Positions 42,801 through 58,100 of a stretch of DNA of 64,000 bases are shown piece after piece. The notes under the pieces are model-generated. The model was not told where the DNA came from, ran no database searches, and saw only the letters and a list, made by a program, of their open reading frames with translations. Within the stretch, counting starts at the first letter, position 1; every line of letters begins with the position of its first letter. The translations under genes and the position numbers were made by a program. Source of the DNA: Phoronis australis (Eukaryota > Animalia > Phoronida); NCBI GenBank assembly GCA_002633005.1, contig NMRA01000213.1, positions 426,996 to 490,995 of the forward strand. The letters are read 5' to 3'.

Positions 42801-45800
42801 CGCCACATTTCTTCAGCAAATTCCATAAAATTGTCCGTAGTTTGATTTTATCAAAATTAAGGCGCGCTGTCGATTTTTTTATCCCCGTTTGCTGGCTGGT
42901 AACAGTACAGGCACTGCTCCAGTCGCACTGACGGCGTTTTCTCGGCCTGGGTTCCTGAATGAATTGTACTTCCGGGTTCGAGGCAAGTTCAAAATGGCGG
43001 TGTTTCTTCGGGTGCGAATCGTGAGTGGCGCGTTCATTTAAACTGTTTTCGAGTACGGATCGTGCATTAGTTATGGGGTAGGTACTTCTTGGATCCTTAT
43101 AACATCTTCTAACCATGTAATAAGGGTTAACAACGCGTGAGAGAAGGACTTTAAACGAAGACCTTGAGACTTTCATCTCTCACCATTTAATCGACTTTTT
43201 CTCGACAAATCGACATAATTTAAACTTCAGAACACGAGTTCTCGAAAACGGTTCGGTGGATTTTGCAGAGACTTTTTAACATCATATTTATTCATCAATG
43301 TTCAGATTTTAGGATTTTCGATATAGAGGCTTAGTTTTGCGTAATACATTTTATAGAAACATACCTTACGTTTTGCGTGTTGATTTGTCATCGAAACTAA
43401 AAGAAAACACTAATAAAAAAATCCTAACATCATTTTTGAGGTAACTGGTGAAGTTTTCAGTTAAAAAGTTTCATTAAAATCGAAAGAGAGGTTATTTTGC
43501 TATAAATGTATCGTTCTTAAAAGTGAATTTTTTACTTTAAAAATGTGTTAACGTAATAATAATAATGGCACATGAATATAAAAAATATTTTTAAATTTTC
43601 TGTTTCTTTCAGAAAACATACATTTACTACTTGACAATGCCTAATGTACGGGTTAGAATGGAGGCACTAAATAAGGTTGGAGATTACCTTAAATTCTGAA
43701 TAGTTTTTTTTAAATTGTTGACGGTTTCGATTTCTTGTTGGTAACATAAATCAAGTCCTATCACGGTAAGGACAACTTTGAGATTGGTGTTATGACAATA
43801 ATTGGCTTAATTAGATTCTCGCCAGAATAACACGGCGGAATACAATTTTAATTATGACTCAAAACATCAGTGAATGTGAATGGCAATCATCTACGCCGAT
43901 TTATGGTATTCATACTGTACTTGTAGTTTCAGAAAGTATCATGGTGGTCCTGTAGAATTCTATTGAGTCCAGTTGGCAAACAAATAAAATTTAATCAAAT
44001 GTAACTGAGATTTAAAGTTTTTTCCCCACAATGAAACAATACAACACTCAAACTCAGCGCTTCTGATATTTATTTGTTTTGTAAGGTTGTCTTAAATTTA
44101 CTGCTCGGCAACTTTTTATCCCTTGCTAAATCTATTGATAGACTTATTAACTCTATCGATAGACTTACAAACTCTATCAATAGACATACTAACTCTATGG
44201 ATAGACGTATTAACTCTATCGTTAGAATTACTAACTCTATCGATAGACGTAGTAACTCTATCGTTAGAATTACTAACTCTATCGATAGATGTAGTAAATC
44301 TATCGATGGACTTACTATCTCTATCGATAGACTTACTATCTCTATCGATAGACTTACTTTCTCCATCGATAGACTTAATATAACAATCGATAGACTTGCT
44401 GTATCTATCTATAGACTTAATATCTCTATCGATAGACTAACTATCTCTTTCGATAGACTTACTATCTCTATCGATAGACTTACTATCTCTTTCGATAGAC
44501 TTACTATCTCTATCGATAGACTTAGTATCTCTTTCAATGGAATTAGCACTCCATCAGTCAGTAGACGACATCGGTAAAGAAACCGAGGTCGGTGACTCGA
44601 TTGTATGATCATCAAGCCTCCGGGGAGGAATCGCACATGTGCTTTCGAGGTCATTTGTTTGGTCTGTATGTGCTACAATATGGTGAGTGTTGCTGAACTG
44701 CTTACTATTGATCAATTAACGGTCAGGGAACGAGCTCGTAGATCATAGTTTGCTTTCTTTTGTGGGTTCATGCCTTTTTAGGACTTCTATGAGATGTATC
44801 GTGACCCATGCTGGCACAGTAACAACACAGGCACTGCGCGATGGCTAATTTAAACTGTTAAACGATCCTGTATGAATCTCATGAGGTTTCATAGCTGCCA
44901 TACTTCCAACAGCGGGTTGCTAGGGAATAACTATCACTGGTCTCGGTATACAATGCAGATACTGGCAGTAGGGCTAACTTCTGTTGGACTTATCAGCCAT
45001 TATCCCGGGGGGCAGGGACTTTATCAATATCATATATTTGGTTAGGGAGGTACTGCTCTACCTTAAAATTGGCGACAATTTTTGTACTTTGTAAAGCTTC
45101 AAATATGTGATGCATGGTTATACCAAATGGCAAAAGTTTGTACCAATTAACCTTCGGACAGTACAACAAGAAAAACAAGAGTCCCCTAATAATATTATTT
45201 CTGACTTCGGAGTAACGGTCTTTGCAGTTTGAGGTCATTTTCTCTAACAGAAGTACACTGATGTACTACAGGCCCGTAGCCAGCACTGAGCGGGGGTAGT
45301 TCGAATTTCTAGAACGGCGGACCTTTAATATTTTGCCAACGTCGACATTGTAGAATTTTCGGTAAGGCATTTGACGCAGCTTAATTAGGAGTAGGGATCT
45401 GTATACACAACGATGACTCTCAGCTCTATACCATGCGCGCACCCAGCCTTTAATATGGGGGGCTCGAATCTCTGACATGTAGATCTTTTGCTAACAAAAA
45501 AGCGGGAGAGAAATATGAAATTTGAACGGCGATTTTTTGACGAAATTGCTTATCTGGTTGCATTTTTGCCTAATGTTTAAGTTGCTTACGCTTACATCAC
45601 TGGAAATGTGAACAGCTCACTATTCCAAAGGTTCACTATTTCGAAGTTTCACTACTTTGGAGGTTCACTGCTCAGAAAATATCTAAACTTTTAAAATCTG
45701 GTGTAATTTTGATACTTTCACATTCAAAAATAAACGATACTTCGGTTTTTAGATGCTCCTATACCGAAAACAGCGCCTGGGCACCAAAACACTTTGTTTG

Positions 45801-48800
45801 GACTTAATGTAGAGATTGACCACCGTCTTTAGCTGGCCAGTACAACCATAAACGGTGGTCAGATTTTAGGTGCATGCGAAATTGGCAGTATGAATACGCA
45901 ATTGCATTTTTAAACTATATGAAGTAGGAATACTGATGACATAACTTGTTTTCCCTCGACAGATTCGTGTTGAAAGTAAAAGCTCTAGACAAAAGTAGAC
46001 GTACAGTGTGTGATCTATTAAAGAACAAATTTGGCTGTTCCAATTTTGCAAATATCATGATGCAAGTTATGCACGGACAAGCTGTAAACAACTTACGAAT
46101 TATTTTCTTCCCTGGGACGCCTACTGTATGACTGGATAGGCAGGTATTCCGTGTTTAAAGGGTGTGTACTACGTACTAGTAGTGTCCTAACTAAGTAATA
46201 GAGAAGTGACCAGGTATAGTACTGTGGCTTCAGCATAAGTTTCAAATACGTTGTGCATTGCGTTTTTACTACTGCAAAAATAAAATCTTTGGAGTAATAG
46301 CTCTTCGAAGTAAAAGTTCTTCGGAGATCTAACCTGCAACCATGAGCACGGCTCTGAATATTAGAGAAACCTAGTGCGGTTTATTGGTATGGGGCACGAG
46401 GTGGGGCTTAACCCGATTCTTATCACGCTCCGCTTATAGTGGTTCCCTCCCCATGTTGCCCGGGACAGTTCTAGTGGAGATTACAGGAGTAGGGCCCTTG
46501 GTGGGCTTTGCGCAAGCTAGTTGCAGTTTTAGCGTTTCTTAACCCATCGCTGCCTCAAAGGCGATTCTACTTCTTCGAGCCCACCAGAACCACTTCAGGC
46601 AAAATGGTGAGAATCGTTTGAAGCCCCACCAGGTGTCATGCTTCCGTGCAACACGATGTCTGCAACCACTATAAGCGTAACCACGGCTACAACTGCGCGA
46701 AGCCCCATTAAGGGCTTCGACCCTAGAATCCCACTGAAACCATTTCGGGCACCGAGATGTTAGGAACTGCTTTAATTGCGAGAGGTAAAAACGTGTCTCA
46801 AAAACCATTATGCACACATATGCAAGTAACCAAAAATGATCATGTTTGACTCTTGAATTTTTCAGATTAGTATGGACACACTGTTGCTTATGAGTGACGA
46901 GAAAATTTCGAAGTATATACCGAATGAACACAAGGCGACCGTCTGGCAGCTACAGCCTTTTGCCAGAGACAAAATAATGATAAATCATCAATCCAGTCTG
47001 CTAGACAAATTAAGAAGGACATTCAAAAAAGGACAACAAGGACATAAAAATTTGTCAGGGGAGTCTTAGAGCAATGCATGGAAAGTTAGAGAAAGTACAA
47101 TGATGGTCCAGCAATAGAAGTAGAGTGGTTGAAGCAGGTCTGATCAAAGAAAGTAGGCAGCACTGGTCAACTTTTCAGTGACAAACATTCTGAAAAAGTG
47201 AAATTGTCCAAAAATGTACAGATTACTTTTCCTCAAAGGTCAGGCTGCTAAAGAGAAGCTAACAATTTTTGAGTGTTCGCTTTGGGACTTTCAGGAAAGA
47301 GAAACTTCAGAAGACACGAATCTTGGTGGAATGTATAAAACTATGAGCAGTCAAGGGAGAATGTGCTGTTTTAAAGTGATATATACATGTATTTATTGAA
47401 GAATACACAGAACATACGAAGAAATAATAACAAACCCAGAAACCGCGAAGCATTATATCTGGTTTGCAAACAATTCATAAATGAAACTAATATACATACA
47501 CTGTAGAGGTATATATAATTAAGTAGTATCTAATATAAGTATTCCAATACTTAGACACGAATCTTGGTGGAATGTATGAAACTATGAGCAGCCAAGGGAG
47601 AATGTGCTTATGACCATTTTCCGATGACCTCGAATACTGTGGCACCTCCCAGTGTCATTTTTTACGTTCGTGGTGGTATTTCGTAAACCCTGTACAGGAT
47701 TTTTATTAAATTTAGCAAGTTTATTAATATGAAATTGACAATAAACAAAAGAGACTTTCACACGGACTCTACAAACATTGTGTCACCTTGTGGCAATTTC
47801 ATTTTTCTGTTATAATCTATTTCTTTGAAGCTATTTACTTGGCACATAGGCATCCCTTACTGAAGTGAGGGTATCCTCGTGTTTCCGGATGGATTTGACA
47901 TATTTTGCGCCACCTAGTGCCTATTTTGACTGTTTCGCCCTCTATCAACCAAAGCGCTCTAAGGATGATGGTAAAAATTATCATGTACGTTTTTACCGTT
48001 AAAAGGGCTGCTGATGGTGATTTTCCGATGACTTCGACTACTGTGGCGTCTCCTATTGGCAGTTTTGTTTGATTTTGCGCCTATTGCTGTATCTCGTAAA
48101 CGCTCTACGGGGTCTTCATAAAGTGAGCAAGTATACATGTATCTACATGAATTTGACAAAGAACAACGGCGACTTTCGGACAAACCGGACTACTAGTGTG
48201 CCCCCTAGTGGTAACATTAGTTTTTTATGTTCACTTCTGTATCTTAAACAACCCTGAACAGGTTTTCATAAAATTTGTCACATAGGATGGATTTAACGTA
48301 TTTTGCGCCATCTGACGGCCATTTTTGTTATACAAATAAACACCGAGAAGCACACTGTTTGCGGTGCATTCGTGGATGCATTTCAATTATCCGCGTTGCT
48401 CTGTTATGAACTTTGGTAAATAGGTTGCTATTTCAGTTTCCGGATGTATTTGACATATTTTGCGCCATCTAGTGGATATTTTTACTGTATGTTTTGGCAA
48501 CTGCTACTCTCTCAACCAAACCACTCCCACTCTAAGGATAATAGTATGAAGAGGCCAGTTGACGATGACTTTACTACAACTTCCCTTACTGTGACGCCTC
48601 CTAGTGGCAGTTATGTTTGTGCGCCCATAGCCTCCTAGTGATAATTCCATTTCTTCCGTTTCCCTTGGTTTCTCAGAAGTTCCTTGGCGGATTTATATCA
48701 AATTTGGTAAATAGCTCTGATACATATACAAGGATCGTTTAGTTCAAAGTACACAACGAGTGTGGCAGTTATTGTAAGCAAGATAGTGGTGAGGTGGATT

Positions 48801-51800
48801 GAAGTCATTTTTTTGTTTCAACAAAATTGGAAATGGCATATCTGAGTTCATTTCTTGTGTTATATGTGTATGTACATGCAGAATTTTAGGTTCAAAGTAC
48901 ATACAGAGTGTGGCGGTAACTATAAGCAAGATACATGTACGTGTGAGATTGTTTTTAAGAGTCAATATTCATCACTTTAGAAAGTTAGAACTTTGGATCA
49001 TAACTTTTATTTTTGAAGGTGTGCCGACCATTGCTTCAAGCTCCATTTTTAACTGCCTGTTTATCACAGGTGCAATCAGGTTGTGTGCACTTGCCAGTAC
49101 GACATTAAATGATAAATGTATGAGACTTTTTATCGAGTGTTATGGAGTTACTGAATTTAAGAGTTTTCTTTTTGTAAATAAACTTTGAACATATATATAA
49201 CTGTTATGAAAATCATATGTATAAACACACAGTGTAGCATTGGAAATAACCATTTGAATTCGTCATGAGCAATTATTTATTGCAAGACCTCAAGGGACAA
49301 TGAGATAAGCACTATGAATAACTGACAATAGACAAGTTAGAATTAAACTAAAATGGTCTGGTGATAGGAACTGGTCATGAGAGAAGAGTCCAAAAAACGA
49401 AAATGGATTGCCTTGAATAACCATCTATACAGCCATTAATACAAATCCCATATGGTTATAACTTGCCATAAGAATCCATGTCAAACGGCATTCGGACCGC
49501 GGGCTCCATACCTCCTACGAATTAGCCGTTTACAACGTTTACCTTCAACACCAGAGGGATCAATGACATATAACAAATGCCGAATTGTCTCTCGTGGTAC
49601 AGATAAACCACTTGCTACGTACTTCTGATCCATAACCGTGCATCTGACCTGAGCTCGCGACTTGTTCTTCAACAAAACCAACCACTTGATCAAAATCAGA
49701 TATACTTTTACGGCGCCGAAGTCCTTGAGACGCCAAAACACGTCGTAATTGCCTTATGCTTAGTGACACTCCAAAACGACGTAGGAGTACATTTATTATT
49801 TCATTTTGAGTCGGTCCTAGCTTGAATAAATCGACAATATGCTTGTTTCGGTCCTCTATTTTAATTTTAAATCGAATTAGCAACTTCGATATCGTAAGTC
49901 TAGCAATAGAGTTACTAAGTGTATCGATAGAGTTAATAAGTCTATCGATATACTTAGTAAGTCTATCGATAGAGATACTACAAGTAAGTCTATCGACAGA
50001 GTTGGTGAGTCTATCGATAGAGATACTAAGTCTATCGATAGAGATAGTAAGTCTATCGAAAGAGATAGTAAGTCTATTGGTAGTAAGTCCATTGATAGAG
50101 TAAATAAGTCTATCGGTAGTAAGTCCATCGATAGAGTTAATAGGTCTATCGATACAGTTGGCAAGTCTATCGATAGAGATACTAAGTTAATCGATAGAGT
50201 TAATAAATCTATCGATAGAGATACTAAGTCTATCGATCGAGTTAGCAACGGAGAACAAAAAAGTTGCCTTGTCGTCCTTTTACGGTCGCCGTAATTTTGA
50301 CTTGACGTTGTCGAGCCTGTTATTATTTAATAGCGTCTTTTGTACCAAGTATTTGTAAAATTCCAATTTTTTCCACCAAAATGTTTCCAAGAAGTCGTGC
50401 TTAATGCGACTATGACAATTTCAAATTATTTTTGAAAAGTTTAGAACTCATGTTTTGAAGAATTTGTAAAAATTATCATTACTAAATGGAATTTAATTGT
50501 ACAAATTGGTGCGTTTCATGGATAGAACATTTGACTTGCCCGTTGTGGAAATTTTTGTTGGTGCACCTGTTAAATAGTTTTACTATAAATACTTAGTTTT
50601 GGAACAGCATGACTTTTCAACAGATTTCTCACCCATTCCATGTAGGGAGTCGCTCGCTTCAACCAAATCATAACTGTGCACAGTTACGACCTTCAATGGC
50701 TCCCAGTACATAGTGCTAGTGCTCCAGCTCGCATAAGTAATCGCTTCAACCGCAAACGTTCCAATCTCCCCCACGTTACACTGAACGCTGGATGGATGTT
50801 GTGTGCTGTCTTTGGGCTTTTCCTATCTGAACGTCTGCGTATAAAGTTTGGGCTATGCACGTAACTTAATGTCGAAATGTGCTGGTCAACTGAAGGTGTC
50901 TATCGAACTTGATTTATTTTTGTTTGACCTGTATTGTAAGGGGGCATTGGAAGATGGCAACTTTAAATCAAGGGGTCGTTGCTTGAAAAAGCACTAACTT
51001 TGATTTATGAGCAGCTGGCTATACACCGATAAAATGGCATCCAAACATGAAATAACACTGAACTATGATGAAATAGATCGTTGGTTGTCTCGTGGTGTCT
51101 TGTTAAAAATATGCAAACTCACTTACTAGGAGACGAGTTAGAACGTTTAAAACGACCTGCAATCGGCTTTCGTCAATGAGACGCCTGTTGCTTTTGTGTT
51201 CTTAAATACATGTATCATAGTTTACGGGCTCCTCCCCTAGTAAGTGAGATTGCATTCTTTTAACGCAGTACTGCACTACTCATTTGATGAAAAAACGCAC
51301 AGGAGATTGTGATTTATCAAGCGTCCATGGTTTAGTAACATGTTTCGACTGACGACGTTCCTTCTGTATTTAGAGCAGATTAAAACACCTGAAAGAGCAT
51401 CCTTCAAACAACAGCATCTTTCGATTTTATGTAAATATTGTTTAATGAACATCCGGTACACGGGCTCATGAGGGCTTTTTGTGTTTGGAAGTTAAGACGG
51501 CACGGGTGGGGTAGTCGTGGGTTTTTGTTGCGCCAGCGCTAACACAACTTTACATTTTGCAGATTCGTCGTGTCTACCCCGTACTCTGAAAGCAAGCAAT
51601 GGTGGTTGCTACTTCGTAAGTGGACGGAGCGAGCTACAACTGACGTACAGTGATAGTAAAGCTTATTGCGAGGCACGTGGTGCTCACTTGGCTTACATAA
51701 CGAGTGCAGTGGAGACAACAGCAATTACTGACGTCATTGCCAAGTAAGCCTTTATTTTTATTACGGTCTGGCTCCCGTTGAAGTTTTGAAATTTAAAGGT

Positions 51801-52131
51801 TGCTCAACCAGGTTTTCCGGTCTTACAATCACGGCCACTAAGAGTCCCAAGTGACGTATATTTCCCTGATTTCGAGTTCTGTATCTATCTAGTGTACTAA
51901 GGAAAATATCATACTTTTTCAAAAACTTAAATTCTATACTTCACTGACGACCGCATGTTACAGTATGACACTCGTACATGTATACACATCGCACTGCATA
52001 GCCTAAGTCTTGCATCAGCCGCTGACGGGATGGGAATGGCGGAAAACTGCAGTGTAAAATCAAACTCAGTAGAAGAGACGAAAATTGCCGCTGACCTCGA
52101 CGATTGATCGGGTTCATGGTGTAAATACTAT

Positions 52132-52189
<58 letters not shown>

Positions 52190-55100
52190 TTTTGATTGTT
52201 GAACTTACATGTACCAATCTGGTAATGAACATTGTGACAGGAGAGAAATTTTTGACGACTCTTTTGGTCGTGCATATGGAATTGTAGCGAATGGGGGCTT
52301 CTGGATAAGGGGATCATTGCTATGATTTGGTGATGAATTTACTATGCACAAATCAAATTAGCCCAAATCCAGTGCTTTATGTACACATTTAGGCGTCCTA
52401 AATCTGGTGTAGTGTGACCCGTTATGTGCAACATCTTCTGATAATCTTGCTTGTCACAGCAACGTTGGAAATCTCGGTATTTCGAAAGAAAAAGTGTTCA
52501 TCGGCATCAAAGACACGGACTCAAGCGCTCAGAACCGTGTATGGAAATGGGGCGACGGAGCTTCGTTATCGTACCTCAACTGGGATTCTGGTGAACCAAA
52601 CGATGGTGGGAAAGAATGTGTCCTCGCGAAATGTGACGCGACGTGTAAGTGGGAAGACGAAGATTGCTCCAGTACACGGTACTTTCTTTGTGAATGTAAG
52701 TAATCTAATTAAATGCTGTTTATAGTGTGTATAAATGCCTATTGGTCACCAGGCCACCAGTGGTCATTTTTGCCACATGGTTTCTGACAGCATTTCTCAA
52801 TTTCTAAATTTTCGGCTGATACCTCTGCTTAAGTTGACAAAGAAGTTCGGACAAAGTCGAGATCTACACAAAATAAATTTCGATTTTGAGCTGTTGGGTA
52901 ACATTGTGCGCTTTTTATACATAAAAATTCTATCCGCAAGTAAACTTAATGTCATATCTGATCAAGTACATTTACACGTACGTGCAAGGAGGTTTAGATC
53001 TTAAAAGCATATAAGTATTAACCAAGTAGTTTTCGCACCTAACTAGCAGTTATGAGAATCTTGGAATGCTTTTTTTCTGTTGGTGAACTCTTTAAGTTTT
53101 CATGCTCTGAGTTTCTTATGAATATTTCATTCGCTTTCAACCACCATTCTTTTGAAATCCTAGACATATCAAACGCCGCCACAAACAAACGAATAACATC
53201 CAGGGGTAGGGGCCGGCAACACTTTTACACTTAGTTTTATCTATAACGATTAAAAGGCAAAAAAGGATTTGCTCACATGGTTCACATCCCATTAGCAACA
53301 ATTTTCTTCCCAAAAATATGAAGAGTAAAATCCGGGGTAGCTCATAATGTGCACTTTCGAAAGCTTGAAGAAAGTTCATGTCAGATAACCCCGGGTGTAT
53401 AGTGCAAAATGAAAACGATGTTACGTAGTCATATGCTTCTTACCTGCAAATATACATGCAGTATACATGTATCAAGCTCATTTAAGAGTTTCAAGAAATT
53501 TGGCACCATCTGCAATATACATGTATTTCCCTTGTCAATCTCTCTAATTTGCCATGCTCAGTGAATGTATAACGTAAGAAATATACTAGACATATCTATT
53601 ATGACGTGCTTGACCTTTACTTAGATATACTTTTGAAAAAACTGATGCTGTAACTGAAAACTTCGAAGTTTTAGTCTTTACCGTTTACATACAAAGCGGT
53701 AGATTCAACGTACTAAAAGTATTTTCTGAAGCAAGAAGGCCTATAAAATTTCATTTTAACTTCTACGAATCTGACGTTAACTGGTTCCTTTGATCATGTC
53801 TTGTTGGTATAACTTGGCAAGAAAGAAAGGTACAATCATAGGAAAACAGAGGTGTCAATAACACCACCATATTTGTTCGATGTTAATGTTTAAACTGAAA
53901 TCTCGAAAACGCTGCTTCTCTTTTCCAATTTTTTAATAAAAATCGTGAAAGTACAAAATCCCTCAAAGGGTATAGGTTTATGGTATTTTTGTTACAGGTT
54001 ACACTAAACTTTTTGCTCTTCCTTTTAGCTAGCTGAAACTCTGTAATGTGCTGCAATTAATGCACCATGCATAAAATGCTCTAATAGATACATTTACACA
54101 CACATATATATGCATTTATGAATGTATGATTTCTCTCTCTTGGTGTAACGAAAGGAATTGTGTATTGTCCTTCTATATTAGGGGGTGGCGTCGTAGACGG
54201 AGGTTGGTCTGCAGACTACGGACCGTGGAACTCCACGTGTACTTCGTGCGCATATCGATCTCGTTCTAAGATATGCAATAACCCGCCACCTGGTGCCGGT
54301 GGTGCAGACTGTGTGCCAGATGGCAGTACTATACAGACAGAAAAATGTCTCTGTCCCGCAACAGGGACTTTGCATTACTACAATTACACTCACGTCGGTA
54401 AGTTAAATTGAAGCAACGTTATAACTTCAATGTTAAACTGTTTTTTCCGCTAATTAAGAAAACCACTCGCCTATAATTGGTCAGTCTTAACTCATTTTTG
54501 TGTTGAATGCAAAGGACACGTCTGTTACCCACATTTAGGCAAGAAGATGGCAAAGAAGCAAATACTTGTGAAGTAAAAGTGTTTCTGAAAAGCTGTTGGT
54601 CACCCGTTGTTAGCAAATACAAGCGGTTCCGTCGTGTAGCCTCGTTTGAGGTGGAATGTTTCTCATATGTCACCTTTAAAAACTAGTAAACTGGCGAAAA
54701 TAAAAAGCCAGTATCTTATTTTAAAAGTTGATGTACTTCTTAAGGCAAATGAAGTTTGAGACTCGTCAGTAATGTTGTTACGTGTCCGAAACACTAATAA
54801 AAGTAGTAATGTGAAAGCCCGACAGGCGCTGGCAATTTCCCAATTTTCGCACTTCCGAGGTACAGTGACATCTGGGAACAAGAGACTTTAATAGAAGACC
54901 TTAAGCGAGGCAAATTTGGTCATCATGGTCAATCGATACGAAGTTCGTCCATTTCCGTGTGACGTTATCCTGTACATTGCTTCACATAGTAATATCTGCC
55001 ACGTATTTGGCGGATTAGTACTTAGGTTATCCCGTCAAACTACAAGGTAATGTGGATAGGATCTGATATCTCCAATTAATCGTCTCGATCGCATATCGCC

Positions 55101-58100
55101 CCTTCTCTCTATTCAAAATAAGTCTTGGACATTTGAGTTGTCACAGTTTGAACTAATAACTATTTCTCTATGCCACTACGATCACAGTCTCCCGGCAGAT
55201 GATATACGTTGGGGTTCCAGTGAACAGAGCTTACCTATCACAAAAGTACATGTATCCTAGCGCATGCGTTTGACGATGATGTAGAGACTTTCGATTTGGT
55301 GACTAGGTCAAACTTCACCCTGAATTTTAGTGCAGTGAAAACAGGGTGCGTGAATCTGAAATCATTCTGTCTTTCAAAATAATATTGATACGATTTCAAA
55401 ATAATATTGATACTATTGCTTAATCAGTGTGATACCTGGAAACGGGTTTCCTCCAACATTAAAAAAATGGCAAGGAGCTCTTGAATGTTTTTAAGAAATT
55501 TCAACGATTGATCGTTTGAATACGGCGTGTAGTGAAGTTTGTAGTGAATGGTCACAGTTGAGGGAAGTAATTTTGCCTTCAGTGGCTACGCCTGTATGGT
55601 TTCAGGCTCTTGAAAAACAGTTCCGTCATAAAAGACAGAGGTTCAATTTGGTTGCAAAAGGTTTCTTACGATGTACGTATATATATAATATGACGTTGCG
55701 CGGAAAATGAAGAATATTGTATCGAATGAGCGTGATTTTAATCGTGTGGACTGATATCTGACGTTTAGTTATATTATTAAAAATGTCATAAGTCGATGAG
55801 GAGGTCATAATAAAATGAAATGGTAGAAAAAGATTACAGTTGTGCGTAAGCAAAAACACTGATAGGCAAAAGATGGGGACACTTAGTTAAGTCTCTATTT
55901 CGGACCGTTTCATGCAACCCAGTACTCATGTAAGCAAACTCACCGATAGCTTTCGAACACTTAACGGAGCCTTTGACATATACTTTTTGTTTGTAGCTAC
56001 AGAGGTCGCTTGTGAGGGTGGAACAGTATCTCCATCGTGCGCCAGCGGCGTAATAGAAGTAACTTTTGCACTGTACGGGAGACAAGACAAAACGACTTGC
56101 CCTCACCCGGCCACAAGCAACACCAATTGCGCAGCATCCGGTGTTCTTGCTGCAGCACAGTCTGCCTGTGATGGCAAGACCACGTGTTCAGTGCAGGGAT
56201 CACATGTCCATTTTGGAGACCCGTGCGGAGGGACGTACAAATACATCACCATCACGTATTCGTGTAGTACGTACATGTATATATTAATACAAAATGTACA
56301 ATTGCTCTGTATTACAGTGGTGCCTCATGACGGGTGAATACAGCTGACACGATCTGGATTTCCATTCTCAGCTTTGAAATGCTTTCCGGTTTTGAGAGGA
56401 GCTGAATGGATGACCTTGCTTGAAACCTCAAAAAGACCAACCGGGTCAACTAACGAAAAATGTGTGTATGCAATTTTATACAATACATGTTAATTGATAC
56501 AACTGATGGATGAATTCAAGGCTCAGTTACTGCTCACTTCGGTTTGAAACAAATCATTGTTTATCCTTTTGATTGTGTTTTGCCTTAGGACAGCAAACGA
56601 ATACATTGCAAGTTTACTCCATTGAAAACGTGACCATGACCGGGAACGATGTAAAGACGGTAAGTGCGTCCAGCGAAGACCTGTGTGCCTCTTACTGTGC
56701 CAGTGACGGTCAGTGTAAGTCCGCAGACTACACACCTGCCACCTCTGACTGCCTATTTAAAAGTGCAGTTGATTCGTTATCAACATTCAACTACGACACC
56801 TTACGGACACAATCTGGAGTCAAGCATTTGGAGATTCAATTTAAAGATGGTAAGTGCAATTGTAACTGAATTATACATGCAGTACATTGTGTTGTGTATC
56901 AGGTAACATTGTGGGTAGATTTGTTTCGGCCGTTAAAGCTAAGAAGTGAAGTCAAGGATAAGTAAACATAGAACAGTCCCAATCACTACACTCTGTGTGC
57001 AGATATCATATTGACATAGAAATGATGAGAGGTAATGGGGACCATGATAACTATGCGAAGGTAAAAATACATTTGAGACCAGGACGATGATAAAGATATT
57101 GGTTTACCATATTCAACATGTACTGCGCTTTTACACTTTTGTAGAGACTGGCTGTCCAAGGGGATGGACAATGATTGGGAACAGACGGTGTTTTGTCGCT
57201 GCCGGTTCCAATGACTTATCGGTGACTCAGATGCAAGCCCTTGAGTACTGCGCGAATAGAGGAGCCCATCTCGCCGTCATAGACACCGACGTAGAACAGG
57301 ACGGAATAATCGCATTGACAAAAGGGTGGGACATATGTTTGACTTTTAATTTGCTTTACATTTAAACATGTGCGGACTCATTGTAGTTGATATGGGACCA
57401 CTCGTGTTCTACCGCAATACAAAAGTGAGAGAGAACTAAATTCGTTGAAGGAACATTGACGACTTGTTTCTTCATACTTCTTGCAGTCTTTGTGTGGGTC
57501 TGAGATCATTGGCTGGCATCATACATCATGGGCAACAATGTTGACATCTCAATGGTTTTTTGAGAAATTTACAAGCCTCAAGACATGCATAGTGTGTAGG
57601 CTGCACCCCAGTGAAAATACACGGAACACACCTGAGCATGCGTGCACCCAGATTTTAATATGGGGGGCTCGAATTTCTAACGATGTGGACCTTTTGCTGA
57701 CAAAAAAGCGAGATGGCTTAAAAATCGGGTTATCACCTTAACTGTACGTCTGCTCCTTTTTAGTGGACTTTTGTCTCGTATTCTCAGAATTTTTGTTTCG
57801 CTGAGGCGGACCTTTTTGCCCACTTCGCCAAAAGGGGGGAGGGCTTGTTCGAGCCCCCGAGCCCCCCCTTGGGTGCGCGCAAGCTGAGTGTAACAGATAT
57901 GTGTGAGCTCTTTGAATAGGGTCGTAGTCCGTGGCCATTCAAACCCAAAGCTGTACAAACCAAAGTATGCGAGTTACTGTGTTGATTGCAGGAACACTTT
58001 CTTCTTAATATCCATTCTGGTATGCGCGCGCACCCTTTTCAGAAATACAAAAAATGTCTCTGGAAGCATCGAATGAATTTACTGTACAGAATCGTGAATG

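Larger units (their letters stand above)
44082..50293 (-). mobile_element. IS3EU-type DNA transposon (6.2 kb, decayed)
   Basis: Termini TAAGG.../...CCGTA with TIRs in the same register through GGCAACTTTTT. 6-bp flanks gttttg / attttg. Inverted 21-bp minisatellite arms and an internal integrase-core transposase relic. Confidence 0.75.

Noticed and set aside
44074-44654. Leucine-rich 'LSIDRLT' heptad ORFs and a CRISPR-like appearance (also 49822-50248)
   Set aside because: These are translations of a 21-bp minisatellite, open in several frames on both strands. The units are contiguous with no unique spacers, there are no cas genes, and the context is eukaryotic.
46539-46931. 130-aa minus-strand ORF in a GC-richer patch
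   Set aside because: No recognisable motif in any frame, and it lies inside a decayed transposon.
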